The notes under the pieces were generated by a model. That model searched no databases. It was not told the DNA's origin and worked only from the letters and a program-made list of their open reading frames with translations. The translations under genes and the position numbers were made by a program. A DNA stretch of 64,000 bases from Octopus bimaculoides (lineage: Eukaryota). The stretch is from positions 44,513,817-44,577,816 of the forward strand of contig NC_068993.1 of assembly GCF_001194135.2 (NCBI RefSeq), given 5' to 3'. This document shows, piece by piece, positions 36,581 through 49,946 of this stretch (position 1 is its first letter; every line of letters begins with the position of its first letter).

Positions 36581-37654
36581 GTAGGTCGGACATGTTTGTT
36601 GTTATTTCACCAATTTTTTTTGTTTGTTTTTACATTGTTCTATCAACCCCTTAATCGGATCTGTTATGAAAAGAACTGCCCATTTTGTATATTTTGGATT
36701 ACATTGTCTAGTGTATCTTTGCTTTTTTTTTTAAGACAATACAGTTTGATTTGAAGAGATATTTGGCTGTTAGTGGCCATTCTCAAATTACTCAGTCCAA
36801 TTCTCTTTACATAGGTACCCTAGGATAGAAACAGCATAGCATTGTAATATTGGTTTGCTGTTAGTGTTAAGAAGGGCATCCAGCTGTAGAAATCATGTCA
36901 AAATTTACAGTGGTGTTTGGCACAATTCTCTGGCTCACCAACTCCTGTCCAATCCCTGCCAGCATGGAAAATGGATGTTAAATGGTGCTGATGATGATAC
37001 TCTGAATTAAATTATAATCACAGGGAAAATTAGCTGCAATAGACTGATGTGATAACTGGTATTTTATCCCAGAGAATATTTGTCTCTTATCTGTTTGATA
37101 CATAGATACAGAAATACTTTTGCAATAGACTGTAGTGGTCTATGAAAAGACATAAAAAAGAAATCAGTTTGGAAGGTGTGGTGATCAGTTCAATGTTTTG
37201 GTTGTGGGGAAGTTTCTGAAGAACATGAGTTTGGGGAAGATTAGTTAAGATATTTAATACAGTATCTGTATAGTGGAAGAGATGAAGGTGCATTGAGGTG
37301 TTGTGCTTTATCTCTAAGGTCAGCTCTGATCAAGCAGACCTTAGATTTTCCATATTTGACCACCTCAGTTTGTTTTCAAACAACATGTATCTTGGATAGC
37401 ATTGTTTAATAGTAAACCAAACATGCTACCTAGTTTAATATCCTTTGCCTGGTCTTTGGATGCTTTTAGTAGAGTTCACTTTGTTCCAAGCATTCAGACC
37501 CCTACAATGTTTTTCCTTCAAACATTACCCTAGAGATAGCGAAGCTGGGCAACCAGCTTCATTATTAACCTCATTGATTTCAGAAGGTCTGAAAAGATCA
37601 GGAACACTATCCCCTCCTCCTCCAAACTTATCTTTTATCTCTTCTCTTCTTCCT

Positions 37655-38057
37655 TTTACTGGTCTCAGTCATTGGACTGCAGCCATGCTGGAACACCATC
37701 TTGAAAGGCTTTAGTCAAATAAAATGAACCCAATATTATTTTTTAAATCTGGTACTTATTCTGTCAGCCTCTTTTGCCAAACTGCTTAGTTGCAGCGATG
37801 TAAACAAACCAATACTGGTTTTCAAGCTGTGGTTGGGGGTGGGGACATGAACACAGAAATGTGCATGTGTGTGTGCATGCACACACACACACACACACAC
37901 AATGGGCTTCCACAGAGTTTCCATCTACCAAATTCACTCACAAAGCACTGGTCAATCCAGGGCTACAGTAGAAGACACTTGCCCAAGGTGCCGCTCATTG
38001 GGACTGAACCCAAAACCAGGTGGTTGCAAGGCAAACTTCTTAACCATACAGTCATGC
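37655..38057 (-). mobile_element. Near full-length CORE-type SINE with internal (CA)n, CpG-decayed
   Basis: Tail module, (CA)n, then core and tRNA head; many CpG to TpG/CpA changes relative to the 50424 copy. Confidence 0.8.
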
Positions 38058-38131
38058 CTAAATAAAAATAAGATAGAACAATTTCTCTCTTAAATCATTA
38101 TTTCTGAAATATTTCCTTTTTCTCTTCCTAG

Positions 38132-38300
38132 GTACATTTGTGGGCCCACAGTCTATGACAGTGCACATTTGGGACATGCCAGTACATATATCCAGTTTGA
38201 CATCATCCGTCGTATTTTGACAAAGATATTTGGAATCCATGTGATCCGAGTTATGAGTATCACTGATGTTGATGACAAAATCATAGACAGAGCTAACAAA
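38132..38300 (+). CDS. CARS2: CARS2 exon 2 (CGPTVYD, HIGH motif)
   Basis: [30 protein letters not shown]…[14 protein letters not shown]; cctag| acceptor and |gtaagt donor; phase 2 to 0. Confidence 0.96.
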
Positions 38301-39299
38301 GTAAGTCTGTGCCGCCAACTGTTTCAATTTTATCACACAACTTTCCATTTTTTTTTGTTTTTGTGTGTGTGAGACAGAGAGAGAGAGTGCCACTTACACA
38401 TAAATGCAAAAAAATACATAACAACTCATACCTTTACTCACTCACTGACTCTCTCTCTCTCCCCACACAAAAATGAAATGCATCAGTTACCCAATTAGAG
38501 TTTTAGTGGGAAAACTTGCAAAGGAAAAGTGATGTTTTTTTTTCTAAAACACTCAATACCATTTGAAATCTATTCTGCAATCTGGGATTAATATATCCAG
38601 TGATTTTAAGAGGTATAAAAAAGATATTTTGCTTTATACTTTTACTTGTTTCACACACACACTAACACTAACAATTTTTTAGAAGAATTTTGTATCATTC
38701 TTTATCTCTCCTGACCAGACATCGTTACCACTAATTTCTATAACCATGTGCATTTTCACTTATTCTTTTCAAGCTTGTTTGAATTTTCAGTCTAATGTAA
38801 TCCACTCTTGAAAACGTATTTCTGCAAAATGTTATCTAAAACTATGGGTAAAGAAAAGGGGCTAATGCAGTTTTGCCCCTCACTTTCAAAGATGCATTTT
38901 TTTGAAAAAATTTCTTTGGATTCCTAGGTTTTATTTAGATGTTGNNNNNNNNNNNNNNNNNNNNNNNNNNNNNNNNNNNNNNNNNNNNNNNNNNNNNNNN
39001 NNNNNNNNNNNNNNNNNNNNNNNNNNNNNNNNNNNNNNNNNNNNNNNNNNNNNNNNNNNNNNNNNNNNNNNNNNNNNNNNNNNNNNNNNNNNNNNNNNNN
39101 NNNNNNNNNNNNNNNNNNNNNNNNNNNNNNNNNNNNNNNNNNNNNNNNNNNNNNNNNNNNNNNNNNNNNNNNNNNNNNNNNNNNNNNNNNNNNNNNNNNN
39201 NNNNNNNNNNNNNNNNNNNNNNNNNNNNNNNNNNNNNNNNNNNNNNNNNNNNNNNNNNNNNNNNNNNNNNNNNNNNNNNNNNNNNNNNNNNNAAAAGTG

Positions 39300-39945
39300 T
39301 TTTTTGGCATAATAGGAGCTCACCATAACTCATTCAACGAAAAAAATATCCAATCATTCCGGAGTGGGGGGGGGGCTGTTCCCCCTCCCCACCTTTTTCC
39401 GAACCAGAATAAGTGGTTTGCAGTATATTAGGAGGTCAGGGTAGTTGATTCCACATGAAAAATCCAAGGTTTATTTGTTTTTGAGTGAAACTCATAGGAG
39501 TGTGATTGTAAAAATTTACCAAAAGCTTTAATATACTTCCAAAATGGGACTTCATCCATGTGCATCCACGTGTGTGTGTGGGGGGGGGGGGTGCAGTTAC
39601 TGCACAAGGAAAACATTTATGGAAATGTACTCATAAAAATTTTATTAAAATGTTATCTTTATATGCCATGTTTGCAATTCTCCATAGAAATGATAGCAAA
39701 ATGTGTCTCAAATCCAGACTCAGTGACAGATTGATCAAGTTAGTAATGTTTTAACACTTTTAGTAACAACATATCCTCTCTATAGCCCCATATATGGGCT
39801 AGGGCCAAAATTTGATACCACAGCCCCCTAGAACCTTCCCCAAGTAATGAGAAACCTTCATGCCAAATTTGGTACATATTGATCTAGTGGTTTGACCATG
39901 CGTAGAGGAGACGCACAGTCAGTGAATTTTATACATATGTAGATA
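39300..39945 (+). mobile_element. Helitron/HINE-like non-autonomous element
   Basis: Hairpin AGCCC-CATATAT-GGGCT (~39784) and 3' segment CATGCCAAATTTGGT…GATCTAGTGGTTT…TTTTATACATATGTAGAT, resembling DINE/Lep1-type ends. 5' part lost in the gap. Confidence 0.5.
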
Positions 39946-40458
39946 TAAACATACACACACACACACATACATATATATCGCATACACATAAAGAATTTAT
40001 GTTAATTTACACTAGTAGATACACATACACAAACATGCACACACATATGCACGTGTATGTGTATATACTGGTGTAAATTAACGTAAATTCTTTACATTAT
40101 TAATGTGTAAGAGATAAGGAAGTTCTCTGAAAAAGTGAATTTAGTTCAATATAAACTCACCTATTCAGCAAACAGAGGTCACTGAAATGAGTATCTGGTT
40201 AAGTACTGGAGTTGATATGAGGTGGAGGTTAACTCAAATATTCTTTTTCTAAACAAAAGCTAAAAAATGGTGCCACTCTAGCATGTGCTCTACTTGACTA
40301 TTTACACTTTAGTTTCCTGAATAACCCTAACCCAGGTCAGGTCATTTTGCAGCATTTATGTAGATACTTCAGTGGACTGCATGCTAAAGTAGCACCAAAA
40401 GGATTGTTAGCAATGTCAAAACTAATTGAAATTCACTTTTCTGTTGTACTTTAATTAG

Positions 40459-40636
40459 CTGGGAACTGAGATCAGTGAAGTGTCTAAGAAGTTTGAGTAT
40501 GAATTTTTCCACGATATGGCCTTGCTGAATGTCTTACCACCAACGTATCCAGCACGAGTCACCGACCACATGGACAGCATTATAAACTGCATTCAAACTA
40601 TCCTACAGAAAGGTTTTGCTTACAAGACCCCTGGTG
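40459..40636 (+). CDS. CARS2: CARS2 exon 3
   Basis: LGTEISEVSKKFEYEFFHDMALLNVLPPTYPARVTDHMDSIINCIQTILQKGFAYKTPG; phase 0 to 1. Confidence 0.92.
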
Positions 40637-41843
40637 GTAAAGGACCTTCATGAAGTTAATCTGTTAATTTAAATTGAATATTTGTCTGTATTGTTTGAGA
40701 AAAAAAAATTATGAGTTTTTGTGAGTAATTGTTGGTCATTTAACACTAGGTCAGCTGTGCTTAGGCAGACCTATGGACAAAAGCATTCAAGGCATGATCA
40801 TTATTTTCTTTGTGGTACATGTAGCCTTGTTTTTCTTTGATTCATTCATCACTGATCCATAGTACGTTCCATTGTGAACCATATTATGCTTATCACAGAT
40901 TGACCTGTGATAACATGGGTTGGCAAGCAATTAAAGATTTTGCTTGTACCACAGAAATATGTCTTGGCAACCACCCATAATGTTCAGCTCCCGAGAATGC
41001 TCTGACAATAGCTTGGGTTTACTTGACCATACTACAAAGCTGTGTAATTTTTATACAGATTTACTTGTATCCATCAAGATGGGACCAGCAAACAGAAAAA
41101 AGTACAAAGGCATTTGATCCTAACAAATAGTGCAGACAAGTTTATTCTCTGCAGGAAAAGGTAGAAAGGATCAAGAAAATACTTTACTGTGGGTTACAAG
41201 TTTTTACTGTTCACTGTATATTGGTCTCTAGATATGAACATCATCATTGTTTAATGTCCACTTTTCCATGCTTGTATATGGCATTGGGGTTGATGCATTC
41301 AGCTTATCCCCACCCCAAAAAAACCCGCCAGCCTTGTACCAAAATTTGAAACCAATATTTTGATCAGTTGTAGGGGTAGGGAATTCGTTTTTAACTTCAG
41401 AGGAGTTGTTGTTCTTTGCAGAACGATGAGCTTTGTTTTAAAAAATCTAGGAAATGCTTGTCAGTTATTCTTTGCTTCTACTGTTGCTTAGAGTGGTAAG
41501 CCTCCTTTTTTTCCTCATGATATCTATTTATATTTTGATCAATTAAGCCAGTTAAAGGTACTAGTTATGAGTACATAAGTGCCAATGATGGGTTGTGAAA
41601 CACCAGCCTTTTGGTTAGTTGTTTGATTGATTCTCTGTGAACTTAATCTTTTTTTTTTTTTTATGAATTTCTTCATAGGAGCTGTTTCTCTCAATGAAAA
41701 CTGCAATAAATTACCTTTCAGTGATGTATTACATTAATTATGATACAACATTGATGGCTGTTTTAATTCAATACTACTTCTATTGAATGTAACATGTATA
41801 TAAATACACATGCACATGTATAATTATTATATTTTGTTTCCAG

Positions 41844-41921
41844 GAAGCGTTTACTTTAATGTTGAAGCATATCCAGACTATGGTCAGCTGCGCCAGAAAC
41901 AGGAAATATTTGAAGAATCAA
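41844..41921 (+). CDS. CARS2: CARS2 exon 4
   Basis: GSVYFNVEAYPDYGQLRQKQEIFEES (cf. GxVYFD…YGKL); tttccag| acceptor, |gttagt donor; phase 1 to 1. Confidence 0.9.
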
Positions 41922-42538
41922 GTTAGTATTTTGGAAATTCTTTTTAGGGTTCTGGTCAACATGTTAAGTTGAAGGTTGATAAAATGAATACCTATGCTTG
42001 TAAAAAGACTAAAGGAGTAAAAAAACAAATCAAATATACCACTCTCAAACTACTTGTCTTATTTCTTGAAATTCTTCCAACTAAAACAGTTCCAAATTTC
42101 ATGCTTCCACACTCTGTTGGAGTAGAGTGGTTAGGCTTAAAAAGAGGATTCACTGTCTAGGAACCCAGGGTTTCTGTGTATAATGTCAAGAGCCCCTGTC
42201 AAATCAGTGATTGATAACTTTTATCATTTACTTGCTTCAGTCATAAGACTGAGGCCATGCTGGGGCCTTGAAGGGTTTGGTCAAGCAAATCAACTCCAGT
42301 CCTTACATTAAGCCTGGTACTTATTCTATCACTCTCTTTTGCTGAACTTATATTTTAGTCAGGCACTGATTCTATCAGTCTCTATTGTCAAACTACTAAG
42401 TTACAGGGACATAAACAAACCAACGCCAGTTGCCAAGCAGTAGAGGGGACAAACACACATGTATATATCATAAATTGGCAAATCTACAAAAAAGCACCTT
42501 GAATATAAGACATTTCGTTTTCTGTAATTTCTTTCCAG

Positions 42539-42665
42539 CTCATGAAGGCAAACATAGCTCACTGGATTTTGCTCTATGGAAAGCCACGAAACAGGGGCCT
42601 TCCTGGGAGTCTCCTTGGGGTAAGGGCCGACCAGGATGGCATATTGAATGTTCTGCCATGGCAAG
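42539..42665 (+). CDS. CARS2: CARS2 exon 5
   Basis: [38 protein letters not shown], with the Zn-ligand Cys; phase 1 to 2. Confidence 0.96.
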
Positions 42666-43440
42666 GTCAGTGAGTTTTTGATGTGTGCATGTATGGATTT
42701 TTTTCATATTATTATCATGATTATTAGTTCTTGTAGTACATTAGGAGAAAGTTGGTGCAGGTATGGCTGTGTGATGAAGAAGTTTGCTTCCCAACCCCAT
42801 GGTTTCAGGTTGAGTCCCACAGCATGACACCTTGCTAGCTACTATACACCAAGCTGACCAAAGCTTTGTAAGGAGAATTAGTAGAAGGACTGAAAGAAGC
42901 CCATCGTGTTTGTACATGTATGTTTGTGTCTCTTTGTCTTCACATTGAGTAATAGTTGTAAATGAGTGTCACTGTCATACAAGCAGTATCATTCATTTCC
43001 AACATAATAAGGCAAGGTGGCCACAATTAGAACACTTTTGATCTTCGTCTACTTAATCAAGAGTCAGCCTTTGGTTAGACAATATCATTGTCATCATCCA
43101 TTGCTGAACATTACTGTCTCAAGTCCTAGAACTCATGGGACCAGTTATCCAGTCTCCACGGTGTAGAAGTGATCAGAACATTCCCATCGAACAGGACACC
43201 AGTCCATTGCAAGGTTACTCGTTTACAGCTGAGTGGACTGGAACAATATAAAAGTAAGTGTTTTGCCTAAGAACACAACATACCACTTGGTTCACAAATT
43301 AAAACTACTATCTTGCAGTTGCGAGTGCAACACCCTAACCCCCAGATCATGCACCTTCACGCTAAACAATATGACAGCTGTCAAATGTTCATGCTCTTTA
43401 TGTAAAAAATCCTACTATTTATTGCATTGTTTAATTTCAG

Positions 43441-43574
43441 CAAAATCTTTGGTTCCAACTTTGATTTGCACTCTGGAGGAGAAGACCTTATTTTTCCACA
43501 CCATGAAAATGAGCTTGCTCAGTCCCAGACATATCATGGATGCAAACAATGGTGCAATTATTGGCTTCACACAG
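43441..43574 (+). CDS. CARS2: CARS2 exon 6
   Basis: [46 protein letters not shown], with the Zn-ligand His/Glu; phase 2 to 1. Confidence 0.96.
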
Positions 43575-45030
43575 GTAAGAAATACATGAATGTGGCATTC
43601 CTATTGTAGTAAGACCTGATAAATTTTTTTTTTTACTGGAGCGCAAGTTAGTTGTTTGGGACAGACGCTGACCAGTTAAGCTGACGTTGCACAAATTCAA
43701 ACAACTTCCGCTCAAGTTGAAAATGCACCTAAAAACAGTAAGCTGGGTTAGTTGCTGTGAAAACGTTGAACTGTTAACAATGTACTTTCAAGCTGCTCAT
43801 TCTGTCAGCCTCATCTAAAACATGGAAAGTTACTTATTCACTTTCCTAGTCATTATGACTACTGGGTGAAGTTTTCTTTAGCAACTCTGAATCCTTGTGC
43901 CCATTTGTTCACTTGACATTCATTTCTTTTAAGCAGTTATGAGGCTTATTATATCCTGTTTGCTGAAATTAGCTTCTCCAGCAAGATTAGTATCTGCACT
44001 ATGACATTTGTCCAGTTTTGTCCAATGGAATTGTTATCAGCTTCAGTCTAGAGACTTGGTAGATAGTAGTAAGTGAAACTGAAATCATTCATGTCATACA
44101 ACGTTATTCCTACCAGATTGTATGTCTACATTATGATGTTTTGCAGTCACAAACATTTGTTCAGCGTTTTTGGAAACCTGTAATAAAATTGTTTCATTTT
44201 GAACACAAATACAATTTCATTGCCGTCTGATTCTTTCTGTGTAGCATCGTTAAACATCTATCTAACATTTCTTGCTAAACTATCACTGTATTTACCTCAC
44301 CAAGTTATCTCTGCCACCACAGTATGCTACCCAGGATTGAAACAGACAAAAAAATCATAAACGTTTCTTAACCCTTGCATTACCATATTTCTGTTGAAAT
44401 ACATTGCCTTCGTTTTAATTAATTTGCAAAGTAATAATGAATTTAGTAAGGTGTGACTGTGTAGTTAAGAAGCTTCCTTCCCAATCATGTGGTCTTAGGT
44501 TCAATCCCACTGTGTAGTACCTTGGGCAAGTGTCTTCTGTCTCAGTACCCTTGTACTTAATTTTTAAGTCTGATACTTCTTTTTTTTTTTTTAGCTGAGC
44601 TGGTAAGTCGTAGGGACATTAACAAACCAACTCCAGTTGTCAAGCAATTATTGGAGCACGAAGACACACACATATATGCATGATAGGCTTCCACGCAGTT
44701 TCTATCTACCAAATTCACTCACAAGGCATTGGTCAGCCCTGGGCTATAAGAAGACACTTGCCCAAGGTCATTACAGTGGGACTGAACCTGAAACCATGTG
44801 GTTGCAAAATGAGCTCCTTAACAACACAGCCATGTCTGTCCCTATTGATGCTGATGAGAAGTAACAGCAGTGGATATTTTGGTGAACATGATGCCAGTCA
44901 TAAAGTGATTTTGTTAAAGACAATGTTGGTGATGATGATTATGAATTTTGTTATGATTTTTCTTTTGTTTATTTGAGTTTCTTAAAGGTTTTATTACTTA
45001 ATAGATGATTTATTTTTATCTTTCCTTTAG

Positions 45031-45162
45031 GTCATCTCCATATTAAAGACCAAGAGAAAATGTCAAAATCTCTAAAGAATGTTGTATTGATATCAGATCT
45101 TCTAAAGACCTACACAGCTAACCAGTTCCGTTTCTTCTGCATGCTTACTCATTATCGCAGAA
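45031..45162 (+). CDS. CARS2: CARS2 exon 7 (KMSKS)
   Basis: [44 protein letters not shown]; ctttag| acceptor, |gtaagt donor; phase 1 to 1. Confidence 0.96.
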
Positions 45163-45324
45163 GTAAGTTTTCAAATCTCTTATGTTGCCATCATTATCAT
45201 AATTTTTCCCCTCCATACATTCTCCATTCCTAATGAATTGATTACCTACATATTTCACTTAATTTTCTATGCAACCAAGATTGTGGAAATGGTTTGATAA
45301 AATATCTATAACTTAATGTATGTG

Positions 45325-45366
<42 letters not shown>

Positions 45367-45379
45367 CACATACATTAAG

Positions 45380-45419
<40 letters not shown>

Positions 45420-46643
45420 TTATAGATTTATACCAAAATTTGGTAAAAATATTGTATCTGTTATCAAACGTAGCAAAATTCTCACATGTGAGTTTTTGTA
45501 TGTATATCGATTTAAATAAGGGCTAAAAGATGATCCATTGTAAAAACTTTATTATGACTTATGATCATTTCGATGCAATATCCAGATCAATTCATGCATA
45601 TTATAAAATATGGAATATTATATCTCTTCAGGGTCAGATTAATTCATAGCAGACAGTAAAAAGAAAAATATATATATATATTATTAGTGTTGACCGTCTG
45701 GCATCTCGATATTTATGTTGTAATGAAATTTTGATGAAAATTTTAACATATAATTACGAACACCTTCAGGTTATTAAATGGCTTCATATTTCAGCCGAAT
45801 TTCACTCAGTAAGTTCGCCAGCATCTAAAAAATATGAATCACATATTTTGCCCAAGGTCATCACAGTGGGACTGAACCTGAAACCATGTGGTTGCAAAGT
45901 GGGCTCCTTAACAACACAGCCATGTCTGTCCCTATTGATGCTGATGATAAGTAACAGCAGTGGATATTTTGGTGAACATGATGCCAGTCATAATGTGATT
46001 TTGTAAAAGACAATGTTGGTGATGATGATTACGAGAATTACAAGTGTCATTTTGGTAAACTAAAACAGAGTTATGTCCCTTCTCCATGGGCACTAACTAG
46101 AGATTGTTTGAGCCAATGACTAGCTAGTCATTCTCAGCTTACCAGAAATAGGAACCAAATTTCTCTCAAATCATACATTTCCTTCTTAAAACAAGGACAC
46201 TTGAGTTAATGTACTTCTAGATACGCTGTGTATATGGAAAGCATTTATTAAGAGATCTGCTCAATGGTGAGGGTGGTGAAAGAAAAGAATTAAATACTAT
46301 TTGTTTAAAACTTAATGTAATGATTGCTTTGGGTTAAAACCTAAGCTGTAGTAATCAAACTGTTATTTCAAATCTCTTTATACTCTTTACTGGCCTAATA
46401 CTCTTGTCATATTTTCTCTGAACCTGTATAAACAACATGAAGCATGTCGAAATTAATGACTTAACAAACGCTGAGAAATTCAGTTTATACTACATGAGAA
46501 TGACATAATCTGTTATGTGAAATTACTTAGTCTTTCTGAGATGAACAGAGTCTATATAGAGAAATGATGAACTTTTTATGGAGAAACATAGTTGATGTCT
46601 GCATGTAAAAGCTGTAAAAAAAAAAAGTGTCATATAATTCCAG

Positions 46644-46782
46644 GAATTGCTTACCATAAGGAATCAATTGAGAAAGCATCAAAACTTCTCACCCAGATTG
46701 AATCCTACCTGCAGAACTCTTCAGCTTATATCCTGGGACAGAAGAACTGTAGAAATATCAGTGAGTCAGAAATACTATCAAA
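46644..46782 (+). CDS. CARS2: CARS2 exon 8
   Basis: RIAYHKESIEKASKLLTQIESYLQNSSAYILGQKNCRNISESEILSK; phase 1 to 2, consistent with both neighbours. Confidence 0.85.
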
Positions 46783-47301
46783 GTAGGTATATTTGTATGT
46801 AATACACACATACACTTGCATGTATGCACACATACACACACTCCTAAGTACCCACATATACACATAGATGTACACTTGTCATATATACCTGCACACATAC
46901 TCACATGAATGTATTCTCATAAACATTTGAAATGACCTTATAGTTTAGATCATATAGACTCAGACTTCTATGATAGAAGGCAGGGCATCCAGTTGTAAAA
47001 ACAATTACTCTGACAGGAAAAGCTACCCCACTTGTGCAAGTCCAGAGGTAAAATACAGCATTTATGAAAAAGTATGTATGTATACTTGTACACAAATTTG
47101 TGAGTTTGCAGATATAAGCACAAGCATGGTTGTGTGGTTAAGAAGCTTACTTTGCAACCACATGGTTTCAGGTTCGGTCCCACTGTGCAGCACCTTGGGT
47201 AGGTGTCTCCTATTATAGCCAGCCACAGGCCAACTATTGCTTTGTGTCCGAATTTGGTAGATGGAAACTGTGTGGAAGCCTTATATATATATATATATGT
47301 A

Positions 47302-47341
<40 letters not shown>

Positions 47342-47349
47342 CCTTCTAG

Positions 47350-47668
47350 CACTTGTTCTAGTGGCATGTTAGAAAATCATTTGAGCGAAGTCGTTGCCAG
47401 TGCCGCTGGACTGGCTCCTGTGCAGGTGGCATGTAAAAAACACCTTTTTGAGCATGGCCGTTGCCAGTACCGTGTGACTGGCCCTCATGCCGGTGACACA
47501 TAAAAGCACTCACAACACTCTCGGAGTGGTTGGCGTTAGGAAGGGCATCCAGCTGTAGAAACTCTGCCAGATCAGATTGGAGCCTGGTGCAGCCTTCTGG
47601 CTTGCCAGTCAAATCGTCCAACCCATGCTAGCATGGAAAGCAGACGTTAAACAATGATGATGATGATA
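47350..47668 (+). mobile_element. (GAT)n-tailed SINE
   Basis: Same body and tail as 1-287. Confidence 0.85.
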
Positions 47669-49385
47669 TATATGTAATGTATATATGCATGTGTTTGCAT
47701 TTCTGCCACCTACCATCAACATTTGACAATCAGTGTTGGTTTGTTTAAGTTCCTGTAACTTCGTGGCTCAGCAAAAGAAACTGATAGAATAACTACTATA
47801 CTTAAAAAATAAGTACTGAGGCTGGTTTGTTCAACAAAACCTTTCAAGGTAGTGCCCAAGCATGGCTGCAGTCCAATGACTGGAACGAGTAAAAGATAAA
47901 TCAAAACTAGCAGAATTATAGAATAATGTATCTTCCCTTTCTGCACATCACTATGTCCTGTTGTAAGATTTGAACCCAACCTCTGTACCATTGAATTTTT
48001 AAAATTTTATTTTATTTAATGTATATATGGATATTAGGAAAGGCATCTAGTGGTAGGAACCCTGCCAAAACAGGTATGGAGCCTGAACAGCCATTCAACT
48101 TGTCAGCTCCTGTCAAACTGTCCAACCAGCATGGAAAACAGACATTAAATAATATGATGATGAGATGCAGGCATGGCAGTTTGATCATGAAGTTAGCCTC
48201 ACAACCATGTGGTTTTGAGTTCAATCCCACTGCGGAGCATTCATTGGGTTGACCAATGTCTTCTGTGTAGAATGTCATAGATGTAAACTATACAGGAGCC
48301 CATTCTGTGTGTGTGTGCGTGTGTTTATGTAGATTTGATAAAATAAGCACTGGTTATTGTTATGAATAAGTAAACTCTTGGAGGAAGAGCCACAGTATGT
48401 CCATAGTCCCCAAAACCTACTAACTTAAGCCCTTCTCTCCCTATAGAACATAGACCATCAATGGCTTTTTTTTCCCCACTGTTCATGGCTCAGGGCTATC
48501 TTTCCTCTTTTTAGTTTTGAATTGTCAGCTGTCCTTCTGTAACTTCTACATTGGTCTGTTGACCCTATGCAAACTCCTTTTTACCTCTGACCTCCTTCCA
48601 CTGTTCTTGACTCTGGGCTGTCTTTTCTGCTTTTCTCCTGTTAGACCCCTACTTCTTCACCTGCAACTATTTTCCTTTGGGGTTTTGCTGCATCATGTCA
48701 TAAATGTCCCTGGGGGAAGGCCTCCTCTCCCAGTTCTTATTGGTTTTGAATTGTTATTGATGCTTCTATAATTTTGCATTTTTCTAGATGGAAGTGTTAG
48801 TCCTATGTAAATCAATTTAAGGTGATCCATTTTAGTCTGACCTCTCCCCTTTGACCTGTTGAACATGGAAGATCCTACCAATGTGCTTGCACTCTGCTGG
48901 CATAGCTCTTAGGGTCACTGTGGCACACAAGCCATCACGCCACAAGAACTGGACCTTGTGGTGAAACATGTAGCATGACTGACAACAGTAAAACAATAGA
49001 AGACTACTGTGCCAAGATCTAGATTCAGTGACAGAATCATGTACTGTAACTAAAGAAAACAGGTTGTACCTATGCACTTGCTTGACCTGCAAGAAAAAGC
49101 AGCCAAAATTCCTTCAAATCACATCCTGCTGTCTTAAATGATAATTTAGACAATGCAATCCTTGATATACAAAAAATACAGGATGACTACAGTGGACATC
49201 TGTGATCAGAGAACTGCTCAATCAAGATTGACCTTAAGAACACCGTCCCCAACAACAACAACAGCAATAACCATATACAAATGATTACTTCCACCACTAC
49301 TGCACTACATAGCAATATTAAGCTTCTCCATACAAACACAGAATCCTAATTATCAGGCTTTGTGGGGTTTTTTCTCCTCTTTTAG

Positions 49386-49506
49386 GCTGGATCAATTACA
49401 GACGTCAGTGGGAGAAGCTTTGTGTGACGACTTTGATTTACCCAGGACGATAGCAAGCATCATTTCATTTGTGCAATTCATGAACAATGAACTTACTCCA
49501 ACACAG
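49386..49506 (+). CDS. CARS2: CARS2 exon 9 (DDFD helical-bundle motif)
   Basis: KLDQLQTSVGEALCDDFDLPRTIASIISFVQFMNNELTPTQ; phase 2 to 0. Confidence 0.92.
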
Positions 49507-49566
49507 GTAAAATATCAATGAAGTGTTAGTCATAGTAACAGTATTATTTTACTTATTATTGTCATA

Positions 49567-49946
49567 GTGGAGACGCAATGGCCCAGTGGTTAGGGCAGCG
49601 GACTCGCGGTCATAGGATCGCGGTTTCGATTCCCAGACCGGGTGTTGTGAGTGTTTATTGAGTGAAAACACCTAAAAGCTCCACGAGGCTCTGGCAAGGG
49701 ATGGTGGTGAACCCTGCTGTACTCTTTCCCCACAACTTTCTCTTACTTCCTATTTCTGTTGTGCCTGTAATTCAAAGGGTCAGCCTTGTCACACTGTGTC
49801 ATGCTGAATATCCCCGAGAACTGTGTTAAGGGTGCGCATGTCTGTGGAGTGCTCAGCCACTTGAACGTTAATTTCACGAGCAGGCTGTTCCGTTGATCAG
49901 ATCAACTGGAACCCTCAACGTCGTAAGCGACGGAGTGCCAACAACA
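49567..49946 (+). mobile_element. Full-length young tRNA-derived SINE with 11-bp TSD
   Basis: A-box TGGCCCAGTGG, B-box GGTTTCGATTCC; TSD ATTATTGTCAT at 49555-49565 and 49947-49957. Confidence 0.9.

Noticed and set aside
37790-38093. Recurrent peptides such as …SIYQIHSQG…VEDTCPRC… and LPNSLTKHW…RRHLPKV (also at 8153, 17881, 44680, 50586, 53347)
   Set aside because: Chance translations of the same CORE-type SINE, not a gene family.
46560-46610. ATGATGA C-box-like motif in CARS2 intron 7 (and GTGATGA at ~32880)
   Set aside because: No properly placed CTGA D box, terminal stem or recognisable rRNA antisense element.
48690-49092. Possible LINE ORF1 zinc-knuckle relic (…FYCCQSCYMFHH…)
   Set aside because: Too degenerate to support without a profile search.
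49567-49640. tRNA-like sequence with A and B boxes
   Set aside because: It is the head of a TSD-flanked SINE, lacks a complete acceptor stem, and continues into the SINE body.
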